Assembly (NCBI GenBank): GCA_963758915.1
Contig: CAVWXH010000009.1
Span: 32,001-96,000, forward strand
Direction: 5' to 3'
Length of the DNA stretch: 64,000 nucleotides
Origin: an uncultured Methanomicrobiales archaeon
GTDB taxonomy: Archaea > Halobacteriota > Methanomicrobia > Methanomicrobiales > Methanospirillaceae
Of the stretch, positions 40,254 to 50,676 are shown piece by piece. Each line of letters opens with the position of its first letter. The first letter of the stretch is position 1. The position numbers and the translations under genes were made by a program. The notes beneath the pieces were generated by a model. The model saw only the letters and a program-made list of their open reading frames with translations, was not told the origin of the DNA and did not search any database.

Positions 40254-40808
40254 TTAATACAGGATATTGACAGGATCCAGGCCCTGTGGGACCGTCCTCC
40301 TGATACTGAACGATGCACCGCCAGGGGGTTTGACTTCGAGGGTGAACTGTGTTCGCGGCTGGATCTTTTTAGTTGGTTTCGCATCGATCGTCCAGACCTG
40401 GTTATCCGAAAGGACCCTTTCACTCGTCCCGGAAACATTCCATTCCCCGTCCCCGGCGATACCTGAGGTATACTTCAGGGACTCAAGCAGGCCTTCCGTG
40501 CTTATGATCATCTGGCTGCCCCTGAAATCGACAGGGGTCCCGCCTGTCGAAAGGGTTACACCAAACTCGACTGTGTCGATGCCCAGGGAAGTATCTGATG
40601 CCAGTCCATAGATATCCCCGACAACCAACACATTTGATGCAACACCCTGGACCCCTGCATTGGCTACCTTCTGGCTGACCTGGGTGGTAAAAAGCCCTGC
40701 CCCGAGCATAATATAGGTGAACACAGAGGCCACGGTGATGAACGCAATCAGTACAATTGCGGCCTCTATACCGGTAAATGCATCTTCATGCAGGGGAGGT
40801 TGTTTCAA
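40254..40808 (-). CDS. flaB: Archaellin (archaeal flagellin)
   Basis: Class III signal EDA|FTGIEAAIVLIAFITVASVF; FTLEVKPPGGA..RTVP. Confidence 0.88.
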   Translation of the reverse strand: MKQPPLHEDAFTGIEAAIVLIAFITVASVFTYIMLGAGLFTTQVSQKVANAGVQGVASNVLVVGDIYGLASDTSLGIDTVEFGVTLSTGGTPVDFRGSQMIISTEGLLESLKYTSGIAGDGEWNVSGTSERVLSDNQVWTIDAKPTKKIQPRTQFTLEVKPPGGASFSIRRTVPQGLDPVNILY

Positions 40809-40968
40809 GGGAAATCGAACTCCGGGGATTCTTTTGGAATATTTTGCTAGTAGTTACCTGTGGTCCTTTAAGTATTTGAGTAACGTGACCTCTGTAACCG
40901 CGATGGCTCATAAGATATCATACCTATAAATACATCAAGCCAGATTGTTGTAACTGGTGAAAACGAAC

Positions 40969-41568
40969 ATGCAGTTTAAAGAAATTGTGATGCAACGTTA
41001 CGCGGTAAAGAAATTTAACGGGAAGGTAGTCCCTGAAGAGAAAATCAACGAGCTGATTGAACTTGTCAGGTATGCCCCCTCTGCCCTGAACCTGCAGCCA
41101 TGGAGAATAAGGGTTGTTACTGACCAGAAATTAAAAGAAGAACTCCGGCCTGCTGCATTTGACCAGGAGCAGATCACCACCTGTTCGCACCTGCTCGTTT
41201 TTTGTGCTGATCCCGACTATGACAGCCTGATAAAAAAGCTCGGAGTCCTGTTACAACAGAACCATATACCCGAAGAGATCCAGACGATGATAACCGGAAT
41301 GGCAACCCAGTTCGCCGGACCTATGTCACCCGGACAGCGGCTTTCCTGGTCGCAGGCGCAGACCTACCTCGCCCTGGGAAACGCATTGAACGGGGCGAAA
41401 TCCCTCGGGCTTGACTCGTGCCCGATGGGGGGGTTTAACCCGGATGAATTCACCCGGATCCTGAATATCCCCAAACCCCTCGTCCCGGTAATGCTCTGCC
41501 CGGTCGGGTATGCAGCTGATACGCCGATGCCAAAATTAAGGTTCAATAAAGAGGATATCCTGTTCTGA
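40969..41568 (+). CDS. Nitroreductase family protein
   Basis: RYAVKKF, APSALNLQPW, SLGLDSCPMGGF. Confidence 0.92.
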   Translation: MQFKEIVMQRYAVKKFNGKVVPEEKINELIELVRYAPSALNLQPWRIRVVTDQKLKEELRPAAFDQEQITTCSHLLVFCADPDYDSLIKKLGVLLQQNHIPEEIQTMITGMATQFAGPMSPGQRLSWSQAQTYLALGNALNGAKSLGLDSCPMGGFNPDEFTRILNIPKPLVPVMLCPVGYAADTPMPKLRFNKEDILF

Positions 41569-41724
41569 ATATGAATTGAATAAGGGGTGGTTTTCAAATA
41601 TCCTGATTTTTGCTGGGTGATAGAATTCCGTTTTCAATTGGGATCACTACATACTACCTGAATTCCAGTTACGTACAGGACTATATTTAGTCAATATACG
41701 GTGATTATACACTGTAATACTATA

Positions 41725-42144
41725 ATGACTGAAAACATAAACCCGTTACCAGGTCCTCGCACCACCTTGTCCTGGGGACAACGACGTGAACAGGTTATTG
41801 ATACCCTCGGACTTGGATTTTGCCTCTGGTTTATCGGGTATGTCGGATCAATTATCCTGTATTTTCTTGTCCCTTCCGATGTAATCGGGTGGATCCTCTT
41901 CGTCATGTTCACGCCGGTTTTTATCGTAATCACCCTTGCAAGATTCAGGAAAAGATTCCTCCCTTTCAGGTATTATGCAATTGTTGCAGTGACATGGACT
42001 GGAATTGCAATTGTGGCTGATTTCCTGTTTATTGTACTCCTGTTCAACCCTGACAACTATTACCACCCGAGCGTGATTGTATATTATCTTGAAACGTTCC
42101 TTGTCCCTTTCGCCATGGGAATTCTCAACCGGAAAGAGGCATAA
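41725..42144 (+). CDS. Hypothetical 4-TM membrane protein
   Basis: Four hydrophobic helices; DFLFI..YY. Confidence 0.7.
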   Translation: MTENINPLPGPRTTLSWGQRREQVIDTLGLGFCLWFIGYVGSIILYFLVPSDVIGWILFVMFTPVFIVITLARFRKRFLPFRYYAIVAVTWTGIAIVADFLFIVLLFNPDNYYHPSVIVYYLETFLVPFAMGILNRKEA

Positions 42145-42237
42145 TGACTCCCGGGTTGATTAGTATACAAAAATAAGACCACAAAAACCGGTCCAGGGAT
42201 GAATTAAAGTCAGAATAACCAGGGAACGGACAGGAGC

Positions 42238-42495
42238 TCAGGGAAAATCTATACACGAACCCGTGTTTTTTGGTACACAACGCCGTACCCTCCTGACCGC
42301 AAGGGACCACCCCTTGAAAAAACCATGCTTTTCCAGTGCGAGTATTGCATAGTGTGAGCAGGAAGGGTGAAACCGGCAGTAAATCCTGCGGTTATGGTTA
42401 TAGGCACGCCCCAACTTCCCGTGCCATACAATACGGATGAGCATAATTGAGATCAGGACGAACGGGTTCCGCTGAATCACTACACATAATACCAA
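42238..42495 (-). CDS. yidD: Membrane protein insertion efficiency factor YidD-like (start may be 42444)
   Basis: CRFHPSCSHY..ALEKHG..KG..L..RV.RC signature. Confidence 0.85.
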   Translation of the reverse strand: MVLCVVIQRNPFVLISIMLIRIVWHGKLGRAYNHNRRIYCRFHPSCSHYAILALEKHGFFKGWSLAVRRVRRCVPKNTGSCIDFP

Positions 42496-42514
42496 TTACG
42501 GGTTATAAAACCTG

Positions 42515-42808
42515 ATGGTCCAGGAATACAAAAGAACCTGTTATACCTGTGAAACGGTCTGGCATTCCCTCAAATCACGTGAAGATTCAATAAAAGCAGG
42601 TGCGTCTGCAGATGCGGGCCACTTTTTTCAACCGGAAGGATCGGCCCGCTCATGTTCATATTGCGGGATGTGCGGGGGGACCGTGATCACCATGGGAAAC
42701 AGGGGTACGGATGGCAATAAGGCAGAACTCGACCGCTTACGTACCTGTCCAAATTGCGGCTCACATAACTATTTTGAAGAGGTCCGGGACCAGGAAGTCC
42801 TGGAATAG
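42515..42808 (+). CDS. Small zinc-finger protein
   Basis: CYTC, CSYCGMC, CPNCGS. Confidence 0.7.
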   Translation: MVQEYKRTCYTCETVWHSLKSREDSIKAGASADAGHFFQPEGSARSCSYCGMCGGTVITMGNRGTDGNKAELDRLRTCPNCGSHNYFEEVRDQEVLE

Positions 42809-42977
42809 ATGGGATCCTGGCGGAAGGTTAAGCCAGGTAAACTTGTTTAAGTACCGTGCTGTTTCTCACAGGTTGATCACTAGTCAGTAACCGGGGTTTC
42901 CATCACTTTCACCCCCCACCCTGCAAGACCTGATATAGCTGGCACGCTCAGTCCTCAACCTCAAGGAGTGAGTGAAG

Positions 42978-43218
42978 ATGAGCATGACTACCGGGATGAA
43001 AAATGTGAGTGTCAGATGGAGAAAGGCATCACGTGCACTTAAAAATCGACGACCAGAAATATGGAATACGCCTTGCTGAAGCACTTGAACGGCACAAGGG
43101 CCCCGAATATGCGATGTTTGATGACCCGCTCGAAGCATCCGTATTTTTCCTTCTTATCGAGATGATGAAGGAGAAGGAAAAAGGACAGGTGACTTTGGCA
43201 ACCGGAAAATCTCATTAA
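42978..43218 (+). pseudogene. Small helical protein split by a +1 frameshift in an A5 run (43041-43045)
   Basis: Frame 1 MSMTTGMKNVSVRWRKASRALK joins frame 2 IDDQKYGIRLAE..FDDPLEASVFFLLIEMMK; GGAGTGA SD. Confidence 0.62.
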
Positions 43219-43309
43219 ATCAGGATTAATAAAAAATGAATGCTTTTTTTTCACTCTGCCCACCATGGGACACGGAAAGGAGGATCCTTTTGTGCTTGCC
43301 ATGGGAATG

Positions 43310-43759
43310 TTACTGTTCCGGCATGGACTGGTTTATCTTTTGATTCTGCCTGTTCTGCTTAATGGCATGAATTAAACGTACTGCTTTTTTATGGTCCTTT
43401 GCATAATTTTTTAAATCTGCTTTGTCGATTGAGCCATCCTTCACTTCTGCACGGAGTTCCCCTGCGAATGTCTTCATAGCAGAACGGAACCGGTCCTTGT
43501 CAGATGCCAGGACGGCAGCCTTTGCATCAGCCAGGGCGGCGTTAAGGGTATCGACATTGTACCCCTTTCCCGCAAGGTACGCTGTCAGGTTTGAAGCCCT
43601 GTCCGGCAATCCCTGCATCCGGATACTATTACCGGCACCATTCACGGGTTTATTTTTTGTGCCCTGTTCCATTGGCGCCGCTATTACGGGTGCTGCAATC
43701 ATTACCAGAAGGCAGACGATCAATGCTACCCCGATAAGTCGAACGATACGTTTCGATAT
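43310..43759 (-). CDS. Secreted helical hypothetical protein (probable ATA start; in-frame GTG at 43798)
   Basis: GAGGTGA SD, then SKRIVRLIGVALIVCLLVMIAAPVIA signal peptide. Confidence 0.68.
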   Translation of the reverse strand: MSKRIVRLIGVALIVCLLVMIAAPVIAAPMEQGTKNKPVNGAGNSIRMQGLPDRASNLTAYLAGKGYNVDTLNAALADAKAAVLASDKDRFRSAMKTFAGELRAEVKDGSIDKADLKNYAKDHKKAVRLIHAIKQNRQNQKINQSMPEQ

Positions 43760-44044
43760 GTTCTCACCTCTTCTACGGAGTCGTCCACGAAAGGACACTA
43801 CCGATGTATAGTATGTTTTACATTATGTTAGAAATACTTTACTGTTGCGGGAGGGGTGGGATGAATATTTTTCATACAACCCCGGGTTTGCAAAAGAGAG
43901 AGACGGTACATGGCCCTCCTTTCTCAAATGGTGTACCAGGATAATGAATACAACATTTACGTCCAGGTCTGAAAAATTGCAGACCAATCCGGCATTCCGG
44001 GTTTAATACCTGCACAGAATGAGGTCGAAACAAGTGCAATACAA

Positions 44045-44251
44045 TTATTCATCGATTGAATCAAGAAGAAAAACATCATCTATCCGTACTTTGAAGAATT
44101 TTGCAATCCTGGCAGCAAGGATCAGGGAGGGGTCATATTTTCCGTTCTCGATAGCGAGTATCGTCTGCCTGGTCACCCCGACTTCGTTCGCCAGTGCTTC
44201 CTGCGAGAGGTCGTTCATTGCCCGGTACACTTTAATTTTGTTTTTCATCAC
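44045..44251 (-). CDS. XRE-family HTH transcriptional regulator
   Basis: [32 protein letters not shown]. Confidence 0.93.
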   Translation of the reverse strand: MMKNKIKVYRAMNDLSQEALANEVGVTRQTILAIENGKYDPSLILAARIAKFFKVRIDDVFLLDSIDE

Positions 44252-44658
44252 TATGCCCCGTATTTTTTGTTATAATAGAGGGACAATAGCACGTACAGGA
44301 CGATGATCCCACAAAGAAGAATCAGCAGGCGGAAACCGAAAATACCTAATGGCCGGTTGAAACGCCGGATCCCTTCACCCAGTGCGTCAATGATGATCCA
44401 CAGGGCAAAGAGGAACAGACCGACCCACGTGATCTGCAGGGTCCGTAATGCAGTTATCTCGGTGATCTTCTGGGTCCGCTCATCCTCGATGACCTCATCA
44501 ATATACATTTTCGCAAGATATATTCCAAGGATCCCAAGGACAATTGCAATAACAGAGGGTAAGGGATCGGCGAGTTCTACTGACAGCCAGAATATTGCGA
44601 CCTCAAAAAATGCCACCGCGGCCACGCACAGGTAAAAAGAATTTCGTTTCATGATCAC
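44251..44658 (-). CDS. DUF2178 membrane protein
   Basis: 4 TM, VIEDERT..I..TL; coupled to XRE gene. Confidence 0.8.
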   Translation of the reverse strand: MIMKRNSFYLCVAAVAFFEVAIFWLSVELADPLPSVIAIVLGILGIYLAKMYIDEVIEDERTQKITEITALRTLQITWVGLFLFALWIIIDALGEGIRRFNRPLGIFGFRLLILLCGIIVLYVLLSLYYNKKYGA

Positions 44659-44805
44659 TTCCCCGCTATTACAGTATTAAGCACGGTGTCTCATTTGGAT
44701 TTGACACTCTACAGGTATATAACCTGATACCCTGATGTTATTTCAATCATCCATTGTTGCACTGAATGGCCCTGTCGGGAAGCAGAACCTGTTCGTAGTA
44801 ATATT

Positions 44806-45996
44806 CTATTCGCTCCTCAACGCATCAATCGGGTCCATGTTTGATGCCTTCCATGCCGGGTACAACCCCGATATAACACAAACGACAATCCCGATCACCA
44901 TACCGTACGGGACATACATAATACTGTCTGGCATGAAGAAATAGGCCGTATTCCCTATCATGGCACTCACCACCGAGTAGCCTATAACCAGGCTGCAGAT
45001 CCCACCGACAACGGAACCAATGAGGCCAAGTATAAAAGCCTCGTACAGGAACATCCTGCGCACTTCACCTTTTTCTGTCCCGATCGAGAGGAGAATACCG
45101 ATCTCGTGCACCCGTTCTGTCACTGACATCATCATTACGTTGAAGATACTGACAGCAGCGACCACAAGCGAAATACCACCGATTGCAAGGATAAACGTTG
45201 TGATCGTGCCTAACGTCTGGGTAATACTGGTCAGGCGCGAGCTTGCATCACTGATTCTGATCACCTGCGTTTTCCGGTTGACTTTTTCATCGATTGCCGT
45301 TTCCACATCACCGATAGTATCAACATTTTTTACAATTACGTTCACCTGATCGTACACGTCTTTGTCACCATACTGGTTCGTGTACCAGGTATCAGACACG
45401 ATAATGGAATTGTCGGTATTTATCCCGTCAGAGGCGAATCCCCGTGCCGGGAGGATGCCGGAGACACGGACTGTCGGTCGGTCTTCCGTGTTAGGGGGGC
45501 CTATTTTAATACGGCTTCCGACGACCAGGTTAAAGTTTGTAGCGATATTTGAGCCTACGAGGGCATCATTCGCCCCGCGGGGAATATCCCCGGTGCTGAG
45601 GGTGAGGAATTTTTCGATATCATTGGGTTCAAAGCCATATATCGAACCTCTGCCGTTGGTAGAACCGATCGTAAACTGCGTATTCGTCCGATGTACCGGG
45701 ATGACCACGTTTGTCCCGGCAGCGTTCCTGATATCATTGAGCTGGCTTTTCGTCACACCCTGTGATGTTGAGGGGGCTCCGGCGGTCATGCTGGTCCGTA
45801 CAACATCCGACGAGATCATGACCGTGTTGACATCCGAGGAGAGCTGCTGTTTTACTGACAACTGCATATTGGCCCCGAGCATTCCCATGGATGAGATGGC
45901 AACCACGCCGATCACGATCCCGATCGATGCCAGCAGTGACCGCATGAAGTTGAGCCTGACGCTCCTGACAGACAGGTCGAAGAATATGTCTCTCAC
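44806..45996 (-). CDS. ABC permease, MacB/FtsX family
   Basis: RSLLASIGIVIGV, SVTERVHEIG, GLYPAWKAS..PIDALR. Confidence 0.92.
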   Translation of the reverse strand: MRDIFFDLSVRSVRLNFMRSLLASIGIVIGVVAISSMGMLGANMQLSVKQQLSSDVNTVMISSDVVRTSMTAGAPSTSQGVTKSQLNDIRNAAGTNVVIPVHRTNTQFTIGSTNGRGSIYGFEPNDIEKFLTLSTGDIPRGANDALVGSNIATNFNLVVGSRIKIGPPNTEDRPTVRVSGILPARGFASDGINTDNSIIVSDTWYTNQYGDKDVYDQVNVIVKNVDTIGDVETAIDEKVNRKTQVIRISDASSRLTSITQTLGTITTFILAIGGISLVVAAVSIFNVMMMSVTERVHEIGILLSIGTEKGEVRRMFLYEAFILGLIGSVVGGICSLVIGYSVVSAMIGNTAYFFMPDSIMYVPYGMVIGIVVCVISGLYPAWKASNMDPIDALRSE

Positions 45997-46673
45997 GATG
46001 CAACGACCCTCCCGTCATCGAGCTGGATCGTCCGGTGTGCGTATTCGGCAATCTTCGGATCATGGGTCACCAGGATGACCGTTTTTCCCTTCTGGTGCAG
46101 GTCAGCAAGGAGGTCCATAATCTGAATTCCTGTTTTCCGGTCAAGGTTGCCGGTTGGTTCATCGCAGAGGATGATTTTCGGGTCGTTGACCAGCGCCCGG
46201 GCTATTGCAACCCTCTGCTGTTGCCCCCCGGATAACTGGTTCGGCCGGTGGGAACTCATTTCCTCGTCAAAACCGACTGATTTGAGAACGGCGGCCGCCT
46301 TGCCTGATGTGTCACGGTGCTTATATCTGAGTATCAGGGGGTATTCCACGTTCTCGTACGCAGAGAGGAGGGGGATTAAGTAAAATTTCTGGAATACATA
46401 CCCGATCGTGTCCCGGCGCATATGCGTCCGTTCCAGGGGGCTCATCTTCGCAACATTTCGCCCATCAATATGGAGTTCCCCGGTTGTAGGGACATCAAGG
46501 ATACCGAGCTGGTTCATCATGGTCGATTTACCGGAACCGGAAGGTCCCATGATCGCAACAAATTCGTTCTCCATGATATCAAGTGATACGTGGTTGAGCG
46601 CTGTGAAGTCCCCACTCTCGAGGTGGTACACTTTTGAGACATCCAGAAGGCGGATGAGTGGATTTTCGCTCAT
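45993..46673 (-). CDS. ABC transporter ATPase (LolD/MacB-like)
   Basis: [29 protein letters not shown]. Confidence 0.95.
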   Translation of the reverse strand: MSENPLIRLLDVSKVYHLESGDFTALNHVSLDIMENEFVAIMGPSGSGKSTMMNQLGILDVPTTGELHIDGRNVAKMSPLERTHMRRDTIGYVFQKFYLIPLLSAYENVEYPLILRYKHRDTSGKAAAVLKSVGFDEEMSSHRPNQLSGGQQQRVAIARALVNDPKIILCDEPTGNLDRKTGIQIMDLLADLHQKGKTVILVTHDPKIAEYAHRTIQLDDGRVVAS

Positions 46674-46684
46674 TTCCGATCCTT

Positions 46685-47989
46685 TCATTTCCTCTTCAGC
46701 TTTGCAACGATCCATTTCCGTTTCATCCAGAGGACTATCCCAACGACGATAACGATGCCCAGTGCAATCACAGGATAGAATGAACTAACACCGCCTCCCC
46801 TGCTGCTGCCGCCAAATCCGAAGATTCCCCCGCCACCCGGTGGACCACCGGCGTTAGTCCTTGCTGTAGCGCTTCCCGTTGTCCCACTACTACTGGAACT
46901 TCCCGAGCTTCCGCTGCTACTTGAACTTCCCGAGCTGTACCGGAGATCGAGGTTTTTTACCGTGGAGAACGAATTTCCATCCGCGTCTTTCCATTTGATT
47001 TGCAATGGCACGTCGGATAGATCGGTGCTCATGAAGGTAAGGGTAAAACTTGAAAAGTCATCTGAGGCCAGAGATCCGATCGCATAGTCTGCATAGGGTT
47101 CCACGGGCCTGGCGGGCGAAAGCACGGTCAGTACCATGGACTTTGCATCGGTGATCCCGGCATTGTTCACATCGCCGGTCAACTTGTTGGAGGACCCCGA
47201 AGAGGTGATTACGATGTTATTGACAACGGGGACTGCAGCCAGCTTATCTTCGCCAATATTCAGGGGAAGGACTGCGTCAACTGAGTGGTCGTTATTACCA
47301 TTATGGTATGTGATATGAAATGTCAGGTCTGATGCCTGGTCAGGAGTGACCTGGAACGGTACCATCTGTGAACTTCCTGCAGGAAGTGTGGCAACAAATT
47401 TCTGACGTGGTGAGACGGTACTGCCATTTCCTGTCGGGTTAATGGTAATATCTGTCAGCGCTCCGTTCCGGGAATTAACAAGGCTCAGGTTGACACTATC
47501 CTTCTTTCCCACGACAAAATTATCAGGCCGGTCAACAATTGTTGCTTCAAGATCTTTTGAATCGACTTCGAGTTCAAAGGGATAACTGATACTCCCGGCT
47601 TCCACTGTTGAAACGGTAAATACCGGGAAATAGGTCCCATCCTCACCTGAAACTGCCACCCGGAATGAGTAGGTCATTTGGGATCCGGGCCCTAAGCGGA
47701 CATTGGTGTTATACGAGCCCCTGTTTGTGACCGCAACATGAGTTTCAAGAATGTCAGGTTGTGACAAGGTTACGGTCTGGTTACCAGAGTTCGTCAGGGT
47801 AACCGTGACTGTTCCCGTTTCGTAGGGAAAAAACACTTCCGGGTTCAGCTTAACTGATGTCACATGGGTCTGGTAAATGCCATCGCTGGCAGATATCGTA
47901 CCGGTAGAGGTAGCTGCCATTGCACATGCTACCATACTGCACGTCACTACAAGAAGAATAAAGAGATATTTTCCCAAATCTGCCATCAA
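46685..47989 (-). CDS. COG1361-like membrane-anchored surface protein with Ser/Gly linker
   Basis: Signal peptide, GDVNNAG..DAK, IGSLASDDFSSF, SG-rich linker, C-terminal TM. Confidence 0.78.
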   Translation of the reverse strand: MMADLGKYLFILLVVTCSMVACAMAATSTGTISASDGIYQTHVTSVKLNPEVFFPYETGTVTVTLTNSGNQTVTLSQPDILETHVAVTNRGSYNTNVRLGPGSQMTYSFRVAVSGEDGTYFPVFTVSTVEAGSISYPFELEVDSKDLEATIVDRPDNFVVGKKDSVNLSLVNSRNGALTDITINPTGNGSTVSPRQKFVATLPAGSSQMVPFQVTPDQASDLTFHITYHNGNNDHSVDAVLPLNIGEDKLAAVPVVNNIVITSSGSSNKLTGDVNNAGITDAKSMVLTVLSPARPVEPYADYAIGSLASDDFSSFTLTFMSTDLSDVPLQIKWKDADGNSFSTVKNLDLRYSSGSSSSSGSSGSSSSSGTTGSATARTNAGGPPGGGGIFGFGGSSRGGGVSSFYPVIALGIVIVVGIVLWMKRKWIVAKLKRK

Positions 47990-48289
47990 AGAACACCTTT
48001 GTTATTATTACGGAATACCATGGTGATTCCACCAGGACTGGAACATAACAATATGTAAAGTATATTTTACATTATGGTATTTAAAAAATACCTTAAATCA
48101 GGTTAGAATATTCATGGATATCGAAAGACCCGGGTCCCGGGAGCTGCAGACCGGTTCCCTGGCGGAAAGTCATAAGGATTGGCGATTTTGTTGCAGGAAT
48201 CCAAGGGTTAAATTTCTGGATTACCCATTGTTGCACAATCCTTTGCACCCAACCATAGCTCTATTACCATACAGGCAAGATGGAATGTC

Positions 48290-49270
48290 ATGGCAGAACA
48301 GCACCCGATGCCTTATATTGTATTCCTTGTGCTGGTAATCCCCGCACTCTGGCTGTTATATACAGGGATCACCGATCCTTCCCAGGCAATTCTTATCCTC
48401 GCTGGAGTAATCTGGATACTAATCGTTGCATATATTTCTGCATCGGTTAAAATCGCAGACCAGTGGGAACGGGCGGTCATCCTCAGACTTGGAAAATTTA
48501 CCGGGCTGAAAGGGCCCGGATTATTTTACATTGTACCAATGGTCGAGAGGGTCGCCTACTGGATTGATAACCGGGTCATCACCACCTCATTCAAGGCAGA
48601 AAAAACACTTACAAAGGATACCGTTCCCGTTGATGTAGAGGCAGTATTATTCTGGAAGGTCCTCGACCCTGTCAAGGCCGCACTCGAAGTCGAGGACTAC
48701 CGGTCAGCAATCAGCTGGGCTTCACAGACAGCCCTCCGTGAAGTAATCGGAAAGTCATTCCTCTCGGACATGCTGGAAGGCAGGGAGAAAATTGATATTG
48801 AACTCCAGAAAATTATCGACCGGAGGACAATTGAATGGGGCGTCCATGTCAGTTCTGTTGAGATCCGTGACGTCCTTATCCCGAATGAACTCCAGGACGC
48901 CATGTCGATGCAGGCCCAGGCAGAGCGCGAGCGACAGGCACGGGTCATCCTCGGGGACTCTGAACGGCAGGTCGCAGCAAAATTTGAGGAGGCCGCAAAG
49001 ACCTACCAGAATAACCCCGTTGCCCTGCACCTCCGGGCAATGAACATGCTCTACGAAGGGCTCAAGGAAAAAGCGACCCTTGTTATCGTTCCCTCTACCG
49101 TCCTGAATACCATGACACTCGGGGATATGACCGGGACCGTCTCCCTTGCTAAAATGTTCTCTGAAACACAACCACAGAAAAATCAGGTTCCCGATGTAAT
49201 CCCTGATCCAAAGGAACAGCCAAGAAAGCCCCGGTCAGATACTCCCCCGGAGACAGAGGGCACCCTCTGA
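48290..49270 (+). CDS. SPFH/stomatin (slipin) family protein
   Basis: QWERAVILRLG, TKDTVPVDV, QTALREVIG, QAQAERERQA. Confidence 0.92.
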   Translation: MAEQHPMPYIVFLVLVIPALWLLYTGITDPSQAILILAGVIWILIVAYISASVKIADQWERAVILRLGKFTGLKGPGLFYIVPMVERVAYWIDNRVITTSFKAEKTLTKDTVPVDVEAVLFWKVLDPVKAALEVEDYRSAISWASQTALREVIGKSFLSDMLEGREKIDIELQKIIDRRTIEWGVHVSSVEIRDVLIPNELQDAMSMQAQAERERQARVILGDSERQVAAKFEEAAKTYQNNPVALHLRAMNMLYEGLKEKATLVIVPSTVLNTMTLGDMTGTVSLAKMFSETQPQKNQVPDVIPDPKEQPRKPRSDTPPETEGTL

Positions 49271-49675
49271 CCTCCCGGGTGGAAAGATACTACTGCAAAA
49301 AGGGCGGGAGTGCAGGACCACCTTCTTTTCTGAACCAGATTTGCAGGTACATCCCGGCTCCGTAAACGTTGTATTTCCTGGATTCAGTCCCTCTAACATA
49401 TTTTTCGGCGTGGAAGTCCCTCCATATAGAGAACAGGGATAGCATTCATCCGCGCGTGACCTGATCAGTCCAATTGCACCGGACCTGGAATTTGCAGGAA
49501 ATCTCAACATTATTTCTCCGTTACTACCCGGTACCGGGTAATTCCACGATATCATACCGTTAACCGCCAAAAAATTAGTGGAACTCTGCAATTTTACGGG
49601 TCAGGTTCCTTTCGGGATTGCAACCGGACCCGATACCCTTATCCTTCATTCATCCCTACAATTGTTCGATAGTCC

Positions 49676-50281
49676 ATGCAGAGTGAGCACTTCCCCCGCC
49701 TGACACCATTTAAACCCTCTGAAAAGATGGTCACCTGGTTTATTATCGATTTCTTCATCCTCGTATTGTTTCTCCTGCTCTGTTTTATTGCCCCGGTTGT
49801 ATCAATACCAGATGTTCCGTTGCTGGCTGTTGCCATAATAGTGGGAATTGTGTTTGTTATCGTGGTGCTTTACCTCATCTGGGTGAAAATGTACTATGAC
49901 AGCATGTGGTATGAGCTCCACGATGACGAGATGAGGTGGAAACGTGGTGTAATTTTCCGCAGTACGGGCATCGTGCCGTATAACCGGATAACCAATATTG
50001 ACATCAAGCAGGGGCCGGTAATGCGGTCACTTGGCATATCGACCGTTTCTGTCCAGACCGCAGGTTATTCAGGTGCAGCGGCCCCCGAGATACGTATCGA
50101 AGCAATAGTGTATGCTGATGAACTACGCGAGTTAATCCGCAGCCTTGTCCGTAGCTGTTCGGCAGCAGGGGACGGCACGGGTACCGGGAAACCTGAAGTA
50201 AAGGGACCAGCATCACCGGTCCACCAGCAGATGCTGGAAGAACTGAAAGCTATCCGTGAACTTCTCGAGAGAAACGCATAA
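49676..50281 (+). CDS. Membrane protein with bacterial PH domain (DUF304)
   Basis: 2 TM, then RGVIF..VPYNRITNIDIKQGP.MR.LG..VQTAG. Confidence 0.85.
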   Translation: MQSEHFPRLTPFKPSEKMVTWFIIDFFILVLFLLLCFIAPVVSIPDVPLLAVAIIVGIVFVIVVLYLIWVKMYYDSMWYELHDDEMRWKRGVIFRSTGIVPYNRITNIDIKQGPVMRSLGISTVSVQTAGYSGAAAPEIRIEAIVYADELRELIRSLVRSCSAAGDGTGTGKPEVKGPASPVHQQMLEELKAIRELLERNA

Positions 50282-50342
50282 ATTTCCGACGATATTGATT
50301 TATTAGAATAAATCATTTATCTCTCCCGTTTACAAATTTACC

Positions 50343-50610
50343 GGCTTTGCTGACATTCTCTCAAATCTATCTTCCAGATTGGTAATTCCAAAATTTCGTC
50401 ACGCTCCCGGGGCTCATGGCCCGCCGCTTTGGCGCCCCGGTTGGGATAGAGACTATCCCCCAATACTCTGAACTTTCCTTCCAATGTCCCAATCGAACCC
50501 TGCCCGAAGAATATCTTAATGGGGGTGGGGCAGGGAGGGGGTGAAACCCCCTCCTGTCTTCGTATTTCCCTCTTAATTTTTTTATATTACCAAAGTGTTT
50601 CAACAAATCC
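50343..50610 (+). mobile_element. MITE-like element (short form, both TIRs)
   Basis: GGCTTTGCTGACA...core nearly identical to the 4430-4640 core...GTTTCAACAAATCC; between convergent genes. Confidence 0.8.
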
Positions 50611-50676
50611 GGTCCCTTATAGTTCAGGGTGTTAATCTGCCGAACATGGATAAAATAATAATTGGATTTGCAGAGT

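Noticed and set aside
46880-46940. Repetitive GAACTTCCCGAGCT units
   Set aside because: Simply encode the Ser/Gly linker of the surface protein.
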